NCBI GenBank assembly: GCA_038874355.1
Contig: JAVZCO010000001.1
Coordinates: 322,074-386,073, forward strand
Source: Candidatus Pacearchaeota archaeon
Lineage (GTDB): Archaea; Nanobdellota; Nanobdellia; Pacearchaeales; GW2011-AR1
Length of the DNA: 64,000 nucleotides
Direction: 5' to 3'
Shown: in pieces, positions 21,230 through 30,163 of the stretch
Layout: every line of letters starts with the position of its first letter
How positions within the stretch are numbered: position 1 is the first letter of the stretch
The notes under the pieces: model-generated
Seen by the model: the letters and a program-made list of their open reading frames with translations, nothing else
Told to the model about the DNA's origin: nothing
The model's database searches: none
Program-made: the position numbers and the translations under genes

Positions 21230-21315
21230 ATTATTATTATCAATATCCAGTTTATAAAATTATTGAAGTAAAAAAATAGATAAAAAATTAAAAAAATAAT
21301 AACTTTTTCCTCTTT

Positions 21316-21612
21316 TTACAACAAAACAAGAGCAAACGGAATTTCTTGACAATATTTTATTCCTTCTTTATCTATTAAACCGCATTTTAATGCTATATTA
21401 ACAGATTTTTCTCCAACAATATTAAAAGTAGCATCTTCTTTTTTCATTTTATTAATAATATCAATTAATTCTTCTTCATTAATTTCTTTTCCTTTAAAAA
21501 AAACTTCTTTGACATCTAAAATTATTTTACCTTCTTGAAATTTTTTTCCTAATAGATCAGAATCACATATTGAAACAACATTTCTATAAGATTTGTGAAT
21601 TTTAACTAACAT
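21316..21612 (-). CDS. hypothetical protein (DUF424-like)
   Basis: 98 aa. N-terminal MLVKIHKSYRNVVSICDSDLLGKKF resembles the archaeal DUF424 family as I recall it. Confidence 0.3.
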   Translation of the reverse strand: MLVKIHKSYRNVVSICDSDLLGKKFQEGKIILDVKEVFFKGKEINEEELIDIINKMKKEDATFNIVGEKSVNIALKCGLIDKEGIKYCQEIPFALVLL

Positions 21613-21773
21613 AACTCAAAAAGAAAAATAAAATTTTTAAATTTTTTCAAAAAACCTTTTCAATAATTATTTTTAATTTGAAAATGTATTCCTTATTAAA
21701 ATAAAACTAAAACAACAAACATACCTAAATACATCTTCTTTATAATTCTTTTTTATTTATAGATTGAAATTAC

Positions 21774-21917
21774 CTATTTACTGCCTATTCTACATACAGT
21801 TGTTCCGCAATTAGGACATTTTCCTTTAAACATAATTGTACCCTTTGCTGTTTTTGTTTCTTTTGCATCTTTTATTTCTACTTTTTTCTTACACTTAACA
21901 CAATAACCCTCTGTCAT
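21774..21917 (-). CDS. small zinc-ribbon protein (47 aa, CxxC-x24-CxxC), absent from the ORF track
   Basis: My own translation: MTEGYCVKCKKKVEIKDAKETKTAKGTIMFKGKCPNCGTTVCRIGSK. A strong SD GGAGGT lies 5 nt upstream (forward acctcc at 21922-21927). Confidence 0.45.
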   Translation of the reverse strand: MTEGYCVKCKKKVEIKDAKETKTAKGTIMFKGKCPNCGTTVCRIGSK

Positions 21918-22101
21918 TTTTACCTCCTTTCAACCTTTTAATTAATCCTTTTGTCCTTTTTAATATCTCTTTTTCTTTTACTTCTAAAACTGAATCTATT
22001 TTAGGATCATACTTTAAAATTTTTTCTTTTTTTGTATTGTAAAATAAATATAAGCCGTTGATTTTTCCTAAATAAATGTTTATTTCTTCTTCATTTATCA
22101 T
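21895..22101 (-). CDS. small conserved protein, paralog of the ORF at 57826..57999
   Basis: INIYLGKINGLYLFYNTKKEKIL aligns with NYVYLGKIEGKEIYYNKRDKIFL of the other copy at about 11/23 identity. Confidence 0.35.
   Translation of the reverse strand: MINEEEINIYLGKINGLYLFYNTKKEKILKYDPKIDSVLEVKEKEILKRTKGLIKRLKGGKNDRGLLC
21922..21927 (-). promoter_or_regulatory. strong Shine-Dalgarno GGAGGT for the zinc-ribbon gene
   Basis: Minus strand reads GGAGGTAAAAATG. Confidence 0.45.
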
Positions 22102-22112
22102 TTTTATAAATT

Positions 22113-22529
22113 TTATATTTTAGGTATAGAATGTTTTGCGCCACAAGCAAGACAATGAATGAAATAAAATGAATCTTTTCTCTCTAATTTAGTGTCAGGT
22201 TTTTTACATTCTTTACATATAACAAATTTTTCTATATAAGATTTTATTTTTTCATTTATGTCTTTTATTAATAATTTTCTTTGTAAAATTAATCTGTTTC
22301 CTATTTTTTTAGAAGGAGTAGCTAATTCTTTTTGTAGATATTTTTCTAAATGTTCTTCATTTCTGTTAAGATAGGAACATATATTAGAAAAATTCATTAT
22401 TATAGTATTTTTCCCTTCTTGTGTTACTTCTATTTCCGGAATCTTGAATCTCTCTCCTTCTATAGGAATTGATTTTATTTTTGAATATGCTTCTTCAAGC
22501 ATTTGTTCATAAGTTTCCATTTTAATCAA
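22113..22529 (-). CDS. eif2b: translation initiation factor 2 beta subunit (aIF2-beta)
   Basis: C-terminal zinc ribbon CKECKKPDT...CLACG and an N-terminal helical region typical of aIF2-beta. Confidence 0.8.
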   Translation of the reverse strand: MIKMETYEQMLEEAYSKIKSIPIEGERFKIPEIEVTQEGKNTIIMNFSNICSYLNRNEEHLEKYLQKELATPSKKIGNRLILQRKLLIKDINEKIKSYIEKFVICKECKKPDTKLERKDSFYFIHCLACGAKHSIPKI

Positions 22530-22641
22530 TAAAATAATATATTTATAAAAGTAATGATTTTCAAATTTACTTTATGATAAATTATAAAATAAAAATTTTA
22601 TTAATTTAACTTTTAAAATTTTAAAGAAAAAATTAATTATT

Positions 22642-23250
22642 TTAATCTAAAATTCTTACTTTTCCAGGTCTTGGTTCATAAATTATTCCTTCTTCTAAAA
22701 GTTTTATAATCTCTTTATTTATCGTTTCTGGATCATTTTTTATTTCAAGAATTATTTTATCCAAATCTATACCACCATTATCATCTTCATTTTTTATCAT
22801 TTCTAAAATTTTTTCTCTTAAATCTAAAATTTCTTTTTTATCTATTTTTCTTGTTTTTTCTAATTCTAATTTTCTTATTAATAAATAAGAAGGTTCTTTT
22901 TTCTTAATTATTTCTGGGATAATATAAATTTCATTATTAAAATATCTTAAAGTTCCTATAACAACAATAGTATCTCCTGTAGAAAATTCTTTAAATTTTT
23001 CTATGTCGTTACCAAATATTTTTAATCTTATTTGAGAAGAAGCATCATCTATTGTAAATGATAAATATTTCTTTTCTTCACTTTCGCTTTCAAATTTATC
23101 AATTATATTTGCAACTACATTTACTCTTATTAATTGTTTCCCATCAAAAGGAACATAAAGAAATTTTTCTCCATCTAAAATAGGTTTTTCTTTTAATATA
23201 TCCGATATTCTTACTTTATATGCTATTGCTCTTTTTATTATTTCTGTCAT
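22642..23250 (-). CDS. OB-fold plus winged-helix protein (RPA32-like ssDNA-binding, putative)
   Basis: Central OB-like beta-rich segment and a C-terminal wH-like segment. It sits directly upstream of mcm in the transcription direction. Confidence 0.35.
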   Translation of the reverse strand: MTEIIKRAIAYKVRISDILKEKPILDGEKFLYVPFDGKQLIRVNVVANIIDKFESESEEKKYLSFTIDDASSQIRLKIFGNDIEKFKEFSTGDTIVVIGTLRYFNNEIYIIPEIIKKKEPSYLLIRKLELEKTRKIDKKEILDLREKILEMIKNEDDNGGIDLDKIILEIKNDPETINKEIIKLLEEGIIYEPRPGKVRILD

Positions 23251-23284
23251 TTTTAATTTTATTAAATATACTTTTTAAATATGT

Positions 23285-25309
23285 TTATATTCTTTGAATA
23301 TGACCTTTTCTTGGATGAAAAATATCTCCTTGTAATGTTAGTTTTTCTAAGGCTTCTTCAATATCTTTTTCACTCATTTTACCTTCTAATTCCTTTTTTA
23401 TTTCTTCTATTGGAATTAACTTTCCTAATTTACTCTCCATTCTTATTATCGTATCCTTTACTTGTAAAATTTTACTTCTTTGGCTTGTACTAATTCCAGT
23501 CGCAATTCTATCAATATCAAAACTTTTTGTTTCATAATCATAACCAACTTGTTGTAAAGAATAATTCATTAATTCAATTGCTCTAATTGCATCCTCTTTT
23601 GTTACCTCTTCAGATAATCTTGCTCTTGCAGAAGCTTCTGATAACCTTATTAATGCTTCTAATTGTCTTGCAGAGATTGGAATTGGTTTTATAGTTTCTT
23701 CTACAAAAGTGGTCGGATTATTTCTTAAATTTACATAAAAGGATTTTATTTCTTCCATTGCTTCATCTGTCAAAACAGGGAAAATTTTTTGTTTAGAATA
23801 GGCTATATATTTTTTAAATAATTCAGGTTCTATTAATAATTTTTCTTTAGCTTTTCTGTGTTCTGATAAAACATGACTTGCTATTAATTCATCTTTTGTT
23901 CTATCTGGTTTGTCTTGTAAAACAAATATTAAATCGAATCTATTAATTAAAGTAGGAGGAATATCTATTTGCTCTGAAACAGGATCATATAAATTAAATC
24001 TTCCCATTTTAGGATTTCCTGCTGCTAAAACAGAAGTTTCTGCTCTCAAAGAAGCTTGAACGTTAGCTTTACTTATAGTAACTGTTTGTTGTTCCATTGC
24101 TTCGTGCATTGCACTTCTATCTTGCGGATCCATTTTTTCAATTTCGTCTATACATACAATTCCTTTATTAGCCAATACCATTGCTCCTGCCTCTAAACTC
24201 CATCCTTTTAAATATTCATCTCTAACAACAGTGGCGGTTAAACCAGCGCCAGTTGCACTTTTTCCTACGACATATCTTCCTTTCGGGGCCATAGAAGAAA
24301 TAAATTTTAATATTACAGATTTAGCTACACCAGGATCACCTACAAGTAATATATGAATATCACCTCTTGTTTTAGTTCCGTCAGATCTTATTTTTTTATA
24401 ACTTCCAAAAAGCTGTAGAACAAGGGATTCTTTAATTTTTTCATAACCATAAACACTCGGAGCAATACTACTAATAAATTTTTTAAATAAATCAGGAGAG
24501 GATGCTAATTCTTTTATTTGTCTTTCATCTTCTTCATCTATTTCTAATTCAGAATAAGATTCTTCTAAAGGGACTATGTTATTAGCTTCTATTGCAATAT
24601 CACTTCTAGTTAATAAACTTCCTGTTTTACTTACTATAGGAATTTCTTTTAATATTCCAACAATTTCAACTCTAGAACCAGGAGTAGTTTTTTCTTCCAT
24701 TTTTGGCTCAACTAAATCTTCTTTTAAAAATACATCTAATCTCCTCGGCTGTTCTCCTCCAGAAAGATTTTCAGGACATTCTTCTATTACTATTCTTTGT
24801 GCATCAACCATCTCTTTTAGCAATAATTTAAATCCAGATTTTCTCCCGCAGCTACATCTTGAAGGTTCTCTAAATTTATTATCTATTTGTAATATTGTTA
24901 TTTTTGTTCCGCAAGAAGGACATTCAAATTTTGCATTAACCACTTGAGGTCTTACTTCAGAAGTTTGTCTTATTATTCCCTGAACTTTAACAAATTTATT
25001 AAGATGTTTGCTTCTTAAATCACGAATTTTTTCAAAATATGGGAAGTTATATATTCTAATACGCGGTTTTTCTATTAATCCTAATTCATCTAATGCTATT
25101 TCTAGTATTTGTAGTGTTCCTTCAGGATTTTGTATAAGATTTTCTGATAGTTCATAAGAAAAAGATGCTAATTCATTAAAATCTACATAAACAACATTAA
25201 TTCCTTCTTTTTTCTTTTTTCCTATTTCCCTTTTGTAAAATTCAAAAAAATTTTTCGCTTCAAAAATTAAATCTTCAATATCTTTTTTTTCTATATTTTC
25301 GTTTGTCAT
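23285..25309 (-). CDS. mcm: MCM replicative helicase
   Basis: Zinc finger CPSCG...CSCG, Walker A GDPGVAKS, Walker B CIDEIEKM, arginine finger SVLAAGNP. Confidence 0.9.
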   Translation of the reverse strand: MTNENIEKKDIEDLIFEAKNFFEFYKREIGKKKKEGINVVYVDFNELASFSYELSENLIQNPEGTLQILEIALDELGLIEKPRIRIYNFPYFEKIRDLRSKHLNKFVKVQGIIRQTSEVRPQVVNAKFECPSCGTKITILQIDNKFREPSRCSCGRKSGFKLLLKEMVDAQRIVIEECPENLSGGEQPRRLDVFLKEDLVEPKMEEKTTPGSRVEIVGILKEIPIVSKTGSLLTRSDIAIEANNIVPLEESYSELEIDEEDERQIKELASSPDLFKKFISSIAPSVYGYEKIKESLVLQLFGSYKKIRSDGTKTRGDIHILLVGDPGVAKSVILKFISSMAPKGRYVVGKSATGAGLTATVVRDEYLKGWSLEAGAMVLANKGIVCIDEIEKMDPQDRSAMHEAMEQQTVTISKANVQASLRAETSVLAAGNPKMGRFNLYDPVSEQIDIPPTLINRFDLIFVLQDKPDRTKDELIASHVLSEHRKAKEKLLIEPELFKKYIAYSKQKIFPVLTDEAMEEIKSFYVNLRNNPTTFVEETIKPIPISARQLEALIRLSEASARARLSEEVTKEDAIRAIELMNYSLQQVGYDYETKSFDIDRIATGISTSQRSKILQVKDTIIRMESKLGKLIPIEEIKKELEGKMSEKDIEEALEKLTLQGDIFHPRKGHIQRI

Positions 25310-25412
25310 AGATAAAAAGAGAAAATTAGTTTTAAATTATTTTCTATTATAAAAAATATATAAATTTTATACTTATAAGTAAAAAAAATAAAAAAAAATA
25401 AAATAAAAAAAT

Positions 25413-25763
25413 TTAATCCTTTGCAAGGGCAAAAGCTGATTTTATAGCAACAACAATTGTTGCAGGAGTAAATAAATAGATCAAATAAGCAAATATAGGC
25501 CCAATTATATTTAAAGAAAGAAGGAATTGGCCTCCTAAGCTGCTTACTAATACAAGAGATGTTCCAATTAATAAAAACTTTAAGGATTCTTGACCTGATA
25601 TATTAAATAATCCTATCAAAATACCTATAATAACTAAAACTACTCGAATCCATGCTTGATTAGCAATTTGTTCTGAAAATAGGCCTAAGATTAAAGCAAG
25701 AATAACTCCTATTAAAAAAGCCCATGCACCAACTATATTTTTCTTTTTTGCTTTTGCTGGCAT
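25413..25763 (-). CDS. small membrane protein
   Basis: 116 aa with three or four hydrophobic helices. Confidence 0.35.
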   Translation of the reverse strand: MPAKAKKKNIVGAWAFLIGVILALILGLFSEQIANQAWIRVVLVIIGILIGLFNISGQESLKFLLIGTSLVLVSSLGGQFLLSLNIIGPIFAYLIYLFTPATIVVAIKSAFALAKD

Positions 25764-25942
25764 TTTACCTCCTTTTGTTTTTAAAATTAAGTTTTCTTTA
25801 TTTTATAAATCTTTTCATGTTCAAAAAATAAACAATACAAACAAGGAAAAAATAAAAAATTAATTATATATTCTCTATTATAGAAATATTTATAAATAGA
25901 TGTAACTAAAAAATTACAACAAAAATTAAAAAATAAATAAAA

Positions 25943-27625
25943 ATGAAAAGTAAATTTTTAATTTTAGCAACAATTTTGTTTAGCTTAACAATATTAAATT
26001 TTGTTAGCGCAAGTTTAATTTTTTCTCAAAATTCAGTTTATCTATCAAAATCCATTAACTCAACAGAAATAATTTTAACAAATAATGAAAATGAAACTGT
26101 AACCATAACATATCCAACAACAATAACAATTTATTCTGGAACAATCTTAAGAGACGAAATTTCTTACTCTATAAGTTTAGAAAACGCAACTTTAGAAGAA
26201 GGAAATAGTACAAAAATTATTATATCTTTACAAAAAAGTCCTTCTAATTGGAAAAACTTCAAAATAGGAAAATTGTATTCAACTATTATTACCTTTACTG
26301 GGAATTATTCTAATTGGACAGATAATAAAAATTTAACTCTTTACTTTGTTAATGATTTTTGTAAATATGGTGAAGTAGGAAAAATAGAAATATATAAAGT
26401 TACAGACGAATTAAAAGATAATGAAGATGAATGGATATGGCATCCTCTTGATAATATAAAAATAAAAGTTAATGATGTTTATAATGGATTCGATAAGTCT
26501 AAAAAAATAAAAGTGGAATATGCTTTATATGATAGTAATGGAAAAAATAAACTTGATTTAGAAAATATAGAAAGATACAAAATATTGAAAATAGACAGTG
26601 GAGATGAAAAAGACGTAACTTTTGAATTTAGAATTCCAGCAGATATTGAAGAAGGAACATATAAATTATTTGTTAAAGCATACATAGATGAAGATGAAGA
26701 TGAAGGTTGTACTTCTATAATAAACAGCGAAACAATATATTATCAAGAAGTAGAAATTGAAAAAGAATATGATAGAGCAGTTATTATTGATGAATATGAA
26801 TTAAATCCTATACAAGCAACTTGCGGAGAAAATATAATCTTAAATTTGCCAATATATAATATAGGAAATAAAGATGAAGAAAAAGTCCTTGTTAATTTAT
26901 ATAATAAAGAGTTAGGAATAAATTTATATGAGGTAATAGAAGAATTAGAAAAAGGAGAATCTACCTATGTAACATTTAACTTTGAAATACCACAGAATGC
27001 AACAGAAAAAATATACAATCTTGAAATTATTACATATTATGATTATGATGAAGATAATTCAAAATGTAATAAAGATACAGATATATATTGTTATGATGAA
27101 GATTCAAAAACAGATTTAGAAAAAAAATTTTATCAATCTATAACTGTAAAAGGAAATTGTATAACAACAACAAAAGAAAAAAATGTAAAGATAATGGCAT
27201 CTTTGATGAATGAAGAAGAAATAAAAGCCGGAGATGAGGTAGAAATAAAAATAACTTTTACAAATACAGGAAATAAGACAACTTCTTATATAATCATGGC
27301 TAGTGATTATGAAGATTGGGCAAATTTAATAAGCCTCGAACCGCAATCTTTTAATTTAGTCCCTAGCGAAAGCAGAGATGCTGTATTGAAGTTTAAGATA
27401 AACAAAGATACTTATGGGGAACAAACTTTCAAGATTAAAGTTTTATTTGATGGAATAACAGAAGAAAAAAGCATATCTTTAGAAATTGAACCACAACAAT
27501 CAAAATTTACAATAAGATTACCCAAGATATTTGAAGAAAATAAAATTTTACTTTGGATAATAATTGTTAATATTATCTTAATAATATTAATAATAATTGT
27601 TGCTATAAAAGTGTCTAGAAGTTAA
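25943..27625 (+). CDS. secreted surface protein (S-layer/adhesin-like) with C-terminal TM anchor
   Basis: N-terminal signal peptide, many N-x-S/T sequons, beta-rich repeats, C-terminal hydrophobic helix followed by basic tail KVSRS. Confidence 0.55.
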   Translation: MKSKFLILATILFSLTILNFVSASLIFSQNSVYLSKSINSTEIILTNNENETVTITYPTTITIYSGTILRDEISYSISLENATLEEGNSTKIIISLQKSPSNWKNFKIGKLYSTIITFTGNYSNWTDNKNLTLYFVNDFCKYGEVGKIEIYKVTDELKDNEDEWIWHPLDNIKIKVNDVYNGFDKSKKIKVEYALYDSNGKNKLDLENIERYKILKIDSGDEKDVTFEFRIPADIEEGTYKLFVKAYIDEDEDEGCTSIINSETIYYQEVEIEKEYDRAVIIDEYELNPIQATCGENIILNLPIYNIGNKDEEKVLVNLYNKELGINLYEVIEELEKGESTYVTFNFEIPQNATEKIYNLEIITYYDYDEDNSKCNKDTDIYCYDEDSKTDLEKKFYQSITVKGNCITTTKEKNVKIMASLMNEEEIKAGDEVEIKITFTNTGNKTTSYIIMASDYEDWANLISLEPQSFNLVPSESRDAVLKFKINKDTYGEQTFKIKVLFDGITEEKSISLEIEPQQSKFTIRLPKIFEENKILLWIIIVNIILIILIIIVAIKVSRS

Positions 27626-28190
27626 TTTTTTTCTTTTTCTTTTTTATTCTTTTTTCTAGTAAAATATTAGTATAAATACCTATAAAATATCCAACAATAG
27701 AACCAAAAATAATATCTGTTAAATAATGTTCTCCTAAATATAATCTTGAAAAAGCTACTAAAAGAGAAAAAATTAACCAAAAAAACTTGTAATTTTTATC
27801 AAAAAAAGGTAGAAAATTAAAACCTAAAGCAGAATGAAAAGAGGGAAAACTATCTCTTTCTAAAGAAAAAGGCCTAGTTCTTAAAAATATTATCTTTAAA
27901 AAATAAATTATAACTATTGTTAAAAAAACTGAAATTGGAATTTTTATTGCATTTTTTTTATTTTGAAATATTAAAAATAAAAATATACTTAATAAAAAAG
28001 GTATCAAAAAATTATAAGAACTTATAAAAGACATAAAATTAAAAAGAAATTTGTTTTTATTATTGTAAAAAAAATTAACTATTTTAAAATCATAAATAAA
28101 AGATAAAAATAAAATAGTTATTAATAATATTAAAGAAAATAATTTAAGTTGGATATTTTTTATTTTTTTCTTTTTTTTAGAATTTTTCAT
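27615..28190 (-). CDS. PAP2-family membrane phosphatase
   Basis: PAP2 motifs KxxxxxxRP (LRTRPFS), PSGH-like SFPSFHS and SRxxxxxHxxxD-like SRLYLGEHYLTDI. Confidence 0.65.
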   Translation of the reverse strand: MKNSKKKKKIKNIQLKLFSLILLITILFLSFIYDFKIVNFFYNNKNKFLFNFMSFISSYNFLIPFLLSIFLFLIFQNKKNAIKIPISVFLTIVIIYFLKIIFLRTRPFSLERDSFPSFHSALGFNFLPFFDKNYKFFWLIFSLLVAFSRLYLGEHYLTDIIFGSIVGYFIGIYTNILLEKRIKKKKKKINF

Positions 28191-28241
28191 TTTTAGAATT
28201 ATGTAAAAAGATATTTAAATATTTTCATTGTTTAACTTATT

Positions 28242-28781
28242 ATGAGAAAAGAAAGTAAAATAATTTTTTTTATTATTTTAAGATATCTTTCTTGTTTAAT
28301 TGTTTCTTTAAATGGTTTGTTTATATTCTATTATATATTTTCTCCAATAACTCTTCATTCTTTTTATTTTATAATAAAACTTTTTTATAATAATGCATCT
28401 TTATATGAAAATTCTGTTTTTTTAGATAATAGTAAGATAACTTTAGTTGAAGCATGCATAGCCGGTGCAGCATATTTTTTAATTTATATTTTAAACTTTA
28501 CAACACCAATGAAACCAAGAAAAAGAATATTCTCATTATTCTTTTCTTTTTCCCTATTTTTTATAATAAATCTTTTAAGAATTCTCATTTTTTCTTTTCT
28601 ATTCAAAAATAATTTCTTTTTATTTGAATTTTTACATTTGTTAGTTTGGTATTTTCTTTCAGCAATAATAGTTTTTTTTGTTTGGTTTTCTACTATAAAA
28701 TTATTCAAAATTAAAGAATTTCCAATCAGAGAAGATATAAAAAAATTTATTTCTATCTTAAAAAATGATAATAAAAAATAG
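28242..28781 (+). CDS. putative minimal exosortase/archaeosortase-family membrane protein
   Basis: Polytopic. Cys72 in VEACIAGAAY (compare ACSG) and Arg113 in NLLRIL are 41 residues apart, the same spacing as catalytic Cys173/Arg214 of ArtA. Confidence 0.35.
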   Translation: MRKESKIIFFIILRYLSCLIVSLNGLFIFYYIFSPITLHSFYFIIKLFYNNASLYENSVFLDNSKITLVEACIAGAAYFLIYILNFTTPMKPRKRIFSLFFSFSLFFIINLLRILIFSFLFKNNFFLFEFLHLLVWYFLSAIIVFFVWFSTIKLFKIKEFPIREDIKKFISILKNDNKK

Positions 28782-29118
28782 AAAAAATAAAATAGTTATA
28801 TTAAATGTAGAAAAATATAGCGGTATAAAGAAATTTATTGGTCTAATGTTTAAAAAAAGCCCAAAAAAAGCTTTGCTTTTTGAATTTTCTTCCCCTGTAA
28901 ATAGAAAGATACATTCTTTTTTTTGTAAACCTTTTTTGGCGGTATGGTTAAATATTAACAACGAGATTGTTGAAGTTAAATTAATAAATAAATTAGGAAT
29001 TTATTCTCCCAAAAAAAATTTTTGTAAATTATTGGAAATTCCCTTAACAAAAAAATATTATCTTTCTATAAAAAAAATTTTAAAAAGAAAAGATTTAAAT
29101 ACTTTCGTTGAGAATTAA
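28765..29118 (+). CDS. DUF192 (COG1430) family protein
   Basis: GLMFKK...LLFEF...LAVWLNINNEIVEV pattern typical of DUF192. Confidence 0.5.
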   Translation: MIIKNRKNKIVILNVEKYSGIKKFIGLMFKKSPKKALLFEFSSPVNRKIHSFFCKPFLAVWLNINNEIVEVKLINKLGIYSPKKNFCKLLEIPLTKKYYLSIKKILKRKDLNTFVEN

Positions 29119-29130
29119 TTTAATAAAAAG

Positions 29131-29136
29131 GGAGGT
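29131..29136 (+). promoter_or_regulatory. strong Shine-Dalgarno GGAGGT for the small ORF at 29141
   Basis: aaagGGAGGTaaaaATG. Confidence 0.45.
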
Positions 29137-29140
29137 AAAA

Positions 29141-29263
29141 ATGGGAAAAGTTATTTTAAAAAATGCTGTAAAAAGAAAAGAAGGTTACCTTTACTATGTT
29201 GATGGTAAAGGAAATGTTTGTGAAGCTAAGATGGTCAGAGGCGGGAAAAAGAAAAAGAAATAA
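29141..29263 (+). CDS. small basic protein (40 aa), absent from the ORF track
   Basis: My own translation: MGKVILKNAVKRKEGYLYYVDGKGNVCEAKMVRGGKKKKK, preceded by the GGAGGTAAAAATG context. Confidence 0.35.
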   Translation: MGKVILKNAVKRKEGYLYYVDGKGNVCEAKMVRGGKKKKK

Positions 29264-29303
29264 AAAATAAGTTTTAATTTTAAATTTTTATTTTTGTAAT
29301 TTT

Positions 29304-29720
29304 TCACATATCAACTACTACTTGAATTATGTATTTATTTTTAATCTTTTTTATAATCATATTATTATAAGTTATTGCCTTTATTTCTGAAAAAATTTCA
29401 TAATTTTTTGTTTCATCTCCAATTAATTCTGTTTTTAATTTTAATTTCTTTTTATCAATTTTTATTTTTTTAATCTTAGATGGAATAAAGTTTTTTGAAT
29501 AAATCAGAATTAAAATTTCTTCTAAAAAATTGTATAAAAGTTGTTCTAAGTTTTTACCATTTACACTAAAGATTATTTTTATTCTTTCCTTTATTTTATT
29601 TTTTGTTATTAAACTTAACATAGCATAAACAGAATTCTTAAAAGCTTCTTCTAGAGTTATTCCATAAGCTTGAAACATTCCATCTGCTGTATGTTCTAAA
29701 ATTCTAAATTTTTTCTTCAT
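29304..29720 (-). CDS. archease
   Basis: N-terminal ILEHTADGMFQAYGITLEEAF matches the archease FEHTADIG...LEELF block. Confidence 0.75.
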   Translation of the reverse strand: MKKKFRILEHTADGMFQAYGITLEEAFKNSVYAMLSLITKNKIKERIKIIFSVNGKNLEQLLYNFLEEILILIYSKNFIPSKIKKIKIDKKKLKLKTELIGDETKNYEIFSEIKAITYNNMIIKKIKNKYIIQVVVDM

Positions 29721-29721
29721 T

Positions 29722-30123
29722 TTATTCTTTCCACATAAAAATTTTTATAACCTTTGGTTCATATTGGTAAATTGTAGAAGAAATAACAGTTTCTGAAGAA
29801 AAGACTTCTTTTTTATAAAAATCCATTGAACATATTTCATCTAATGAACATATTCTTATTGTATAATTAAAAGATTTAGGTATTTTATTTTCTAAAAATA
29901 TAATTATTTTTTCTGTATTGTTTTCTAATACCTCTTTTCTTAATTCTTCATTATTAGATATTTCTAAAAGAAGGGCTTTTTGTAAAGAGTAAATTTCATC
30001 TGAAATGTCTGCTCTATTTACATTTTTCACATACAAAAAAAATAGAAGAGAAAATATTAGTAATACTGCTATAAAAGCTTCTATTATTCTTACCCATCCT
30101 TTTTTATTTTTACTTATTCTCAT
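29722..30123 (-). CDS. pilin-like protein (putative class-III signal peptide)
   Basis: N-terminal KNKKGWVRIIEAFIAVLLIF. Last gene of the pilus operon. Confidence 0.4.
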   Translation of the reverse strand: MRISKNKKGWVRIIEAFIAVLLIFSLLFFLYVKNVNRADISDEIYSLQKALLLEISNNEELRKEVLENNTEKIIIFLENKIPKSFNYTIRICSLDEICSMDFYKKEVFSSETVISSTIYQYEPKVIKIFMWKE

Positions 30124-30163
30124 TTTAATAATTTATTTTAAATTTACCCATTCATCATATCTT

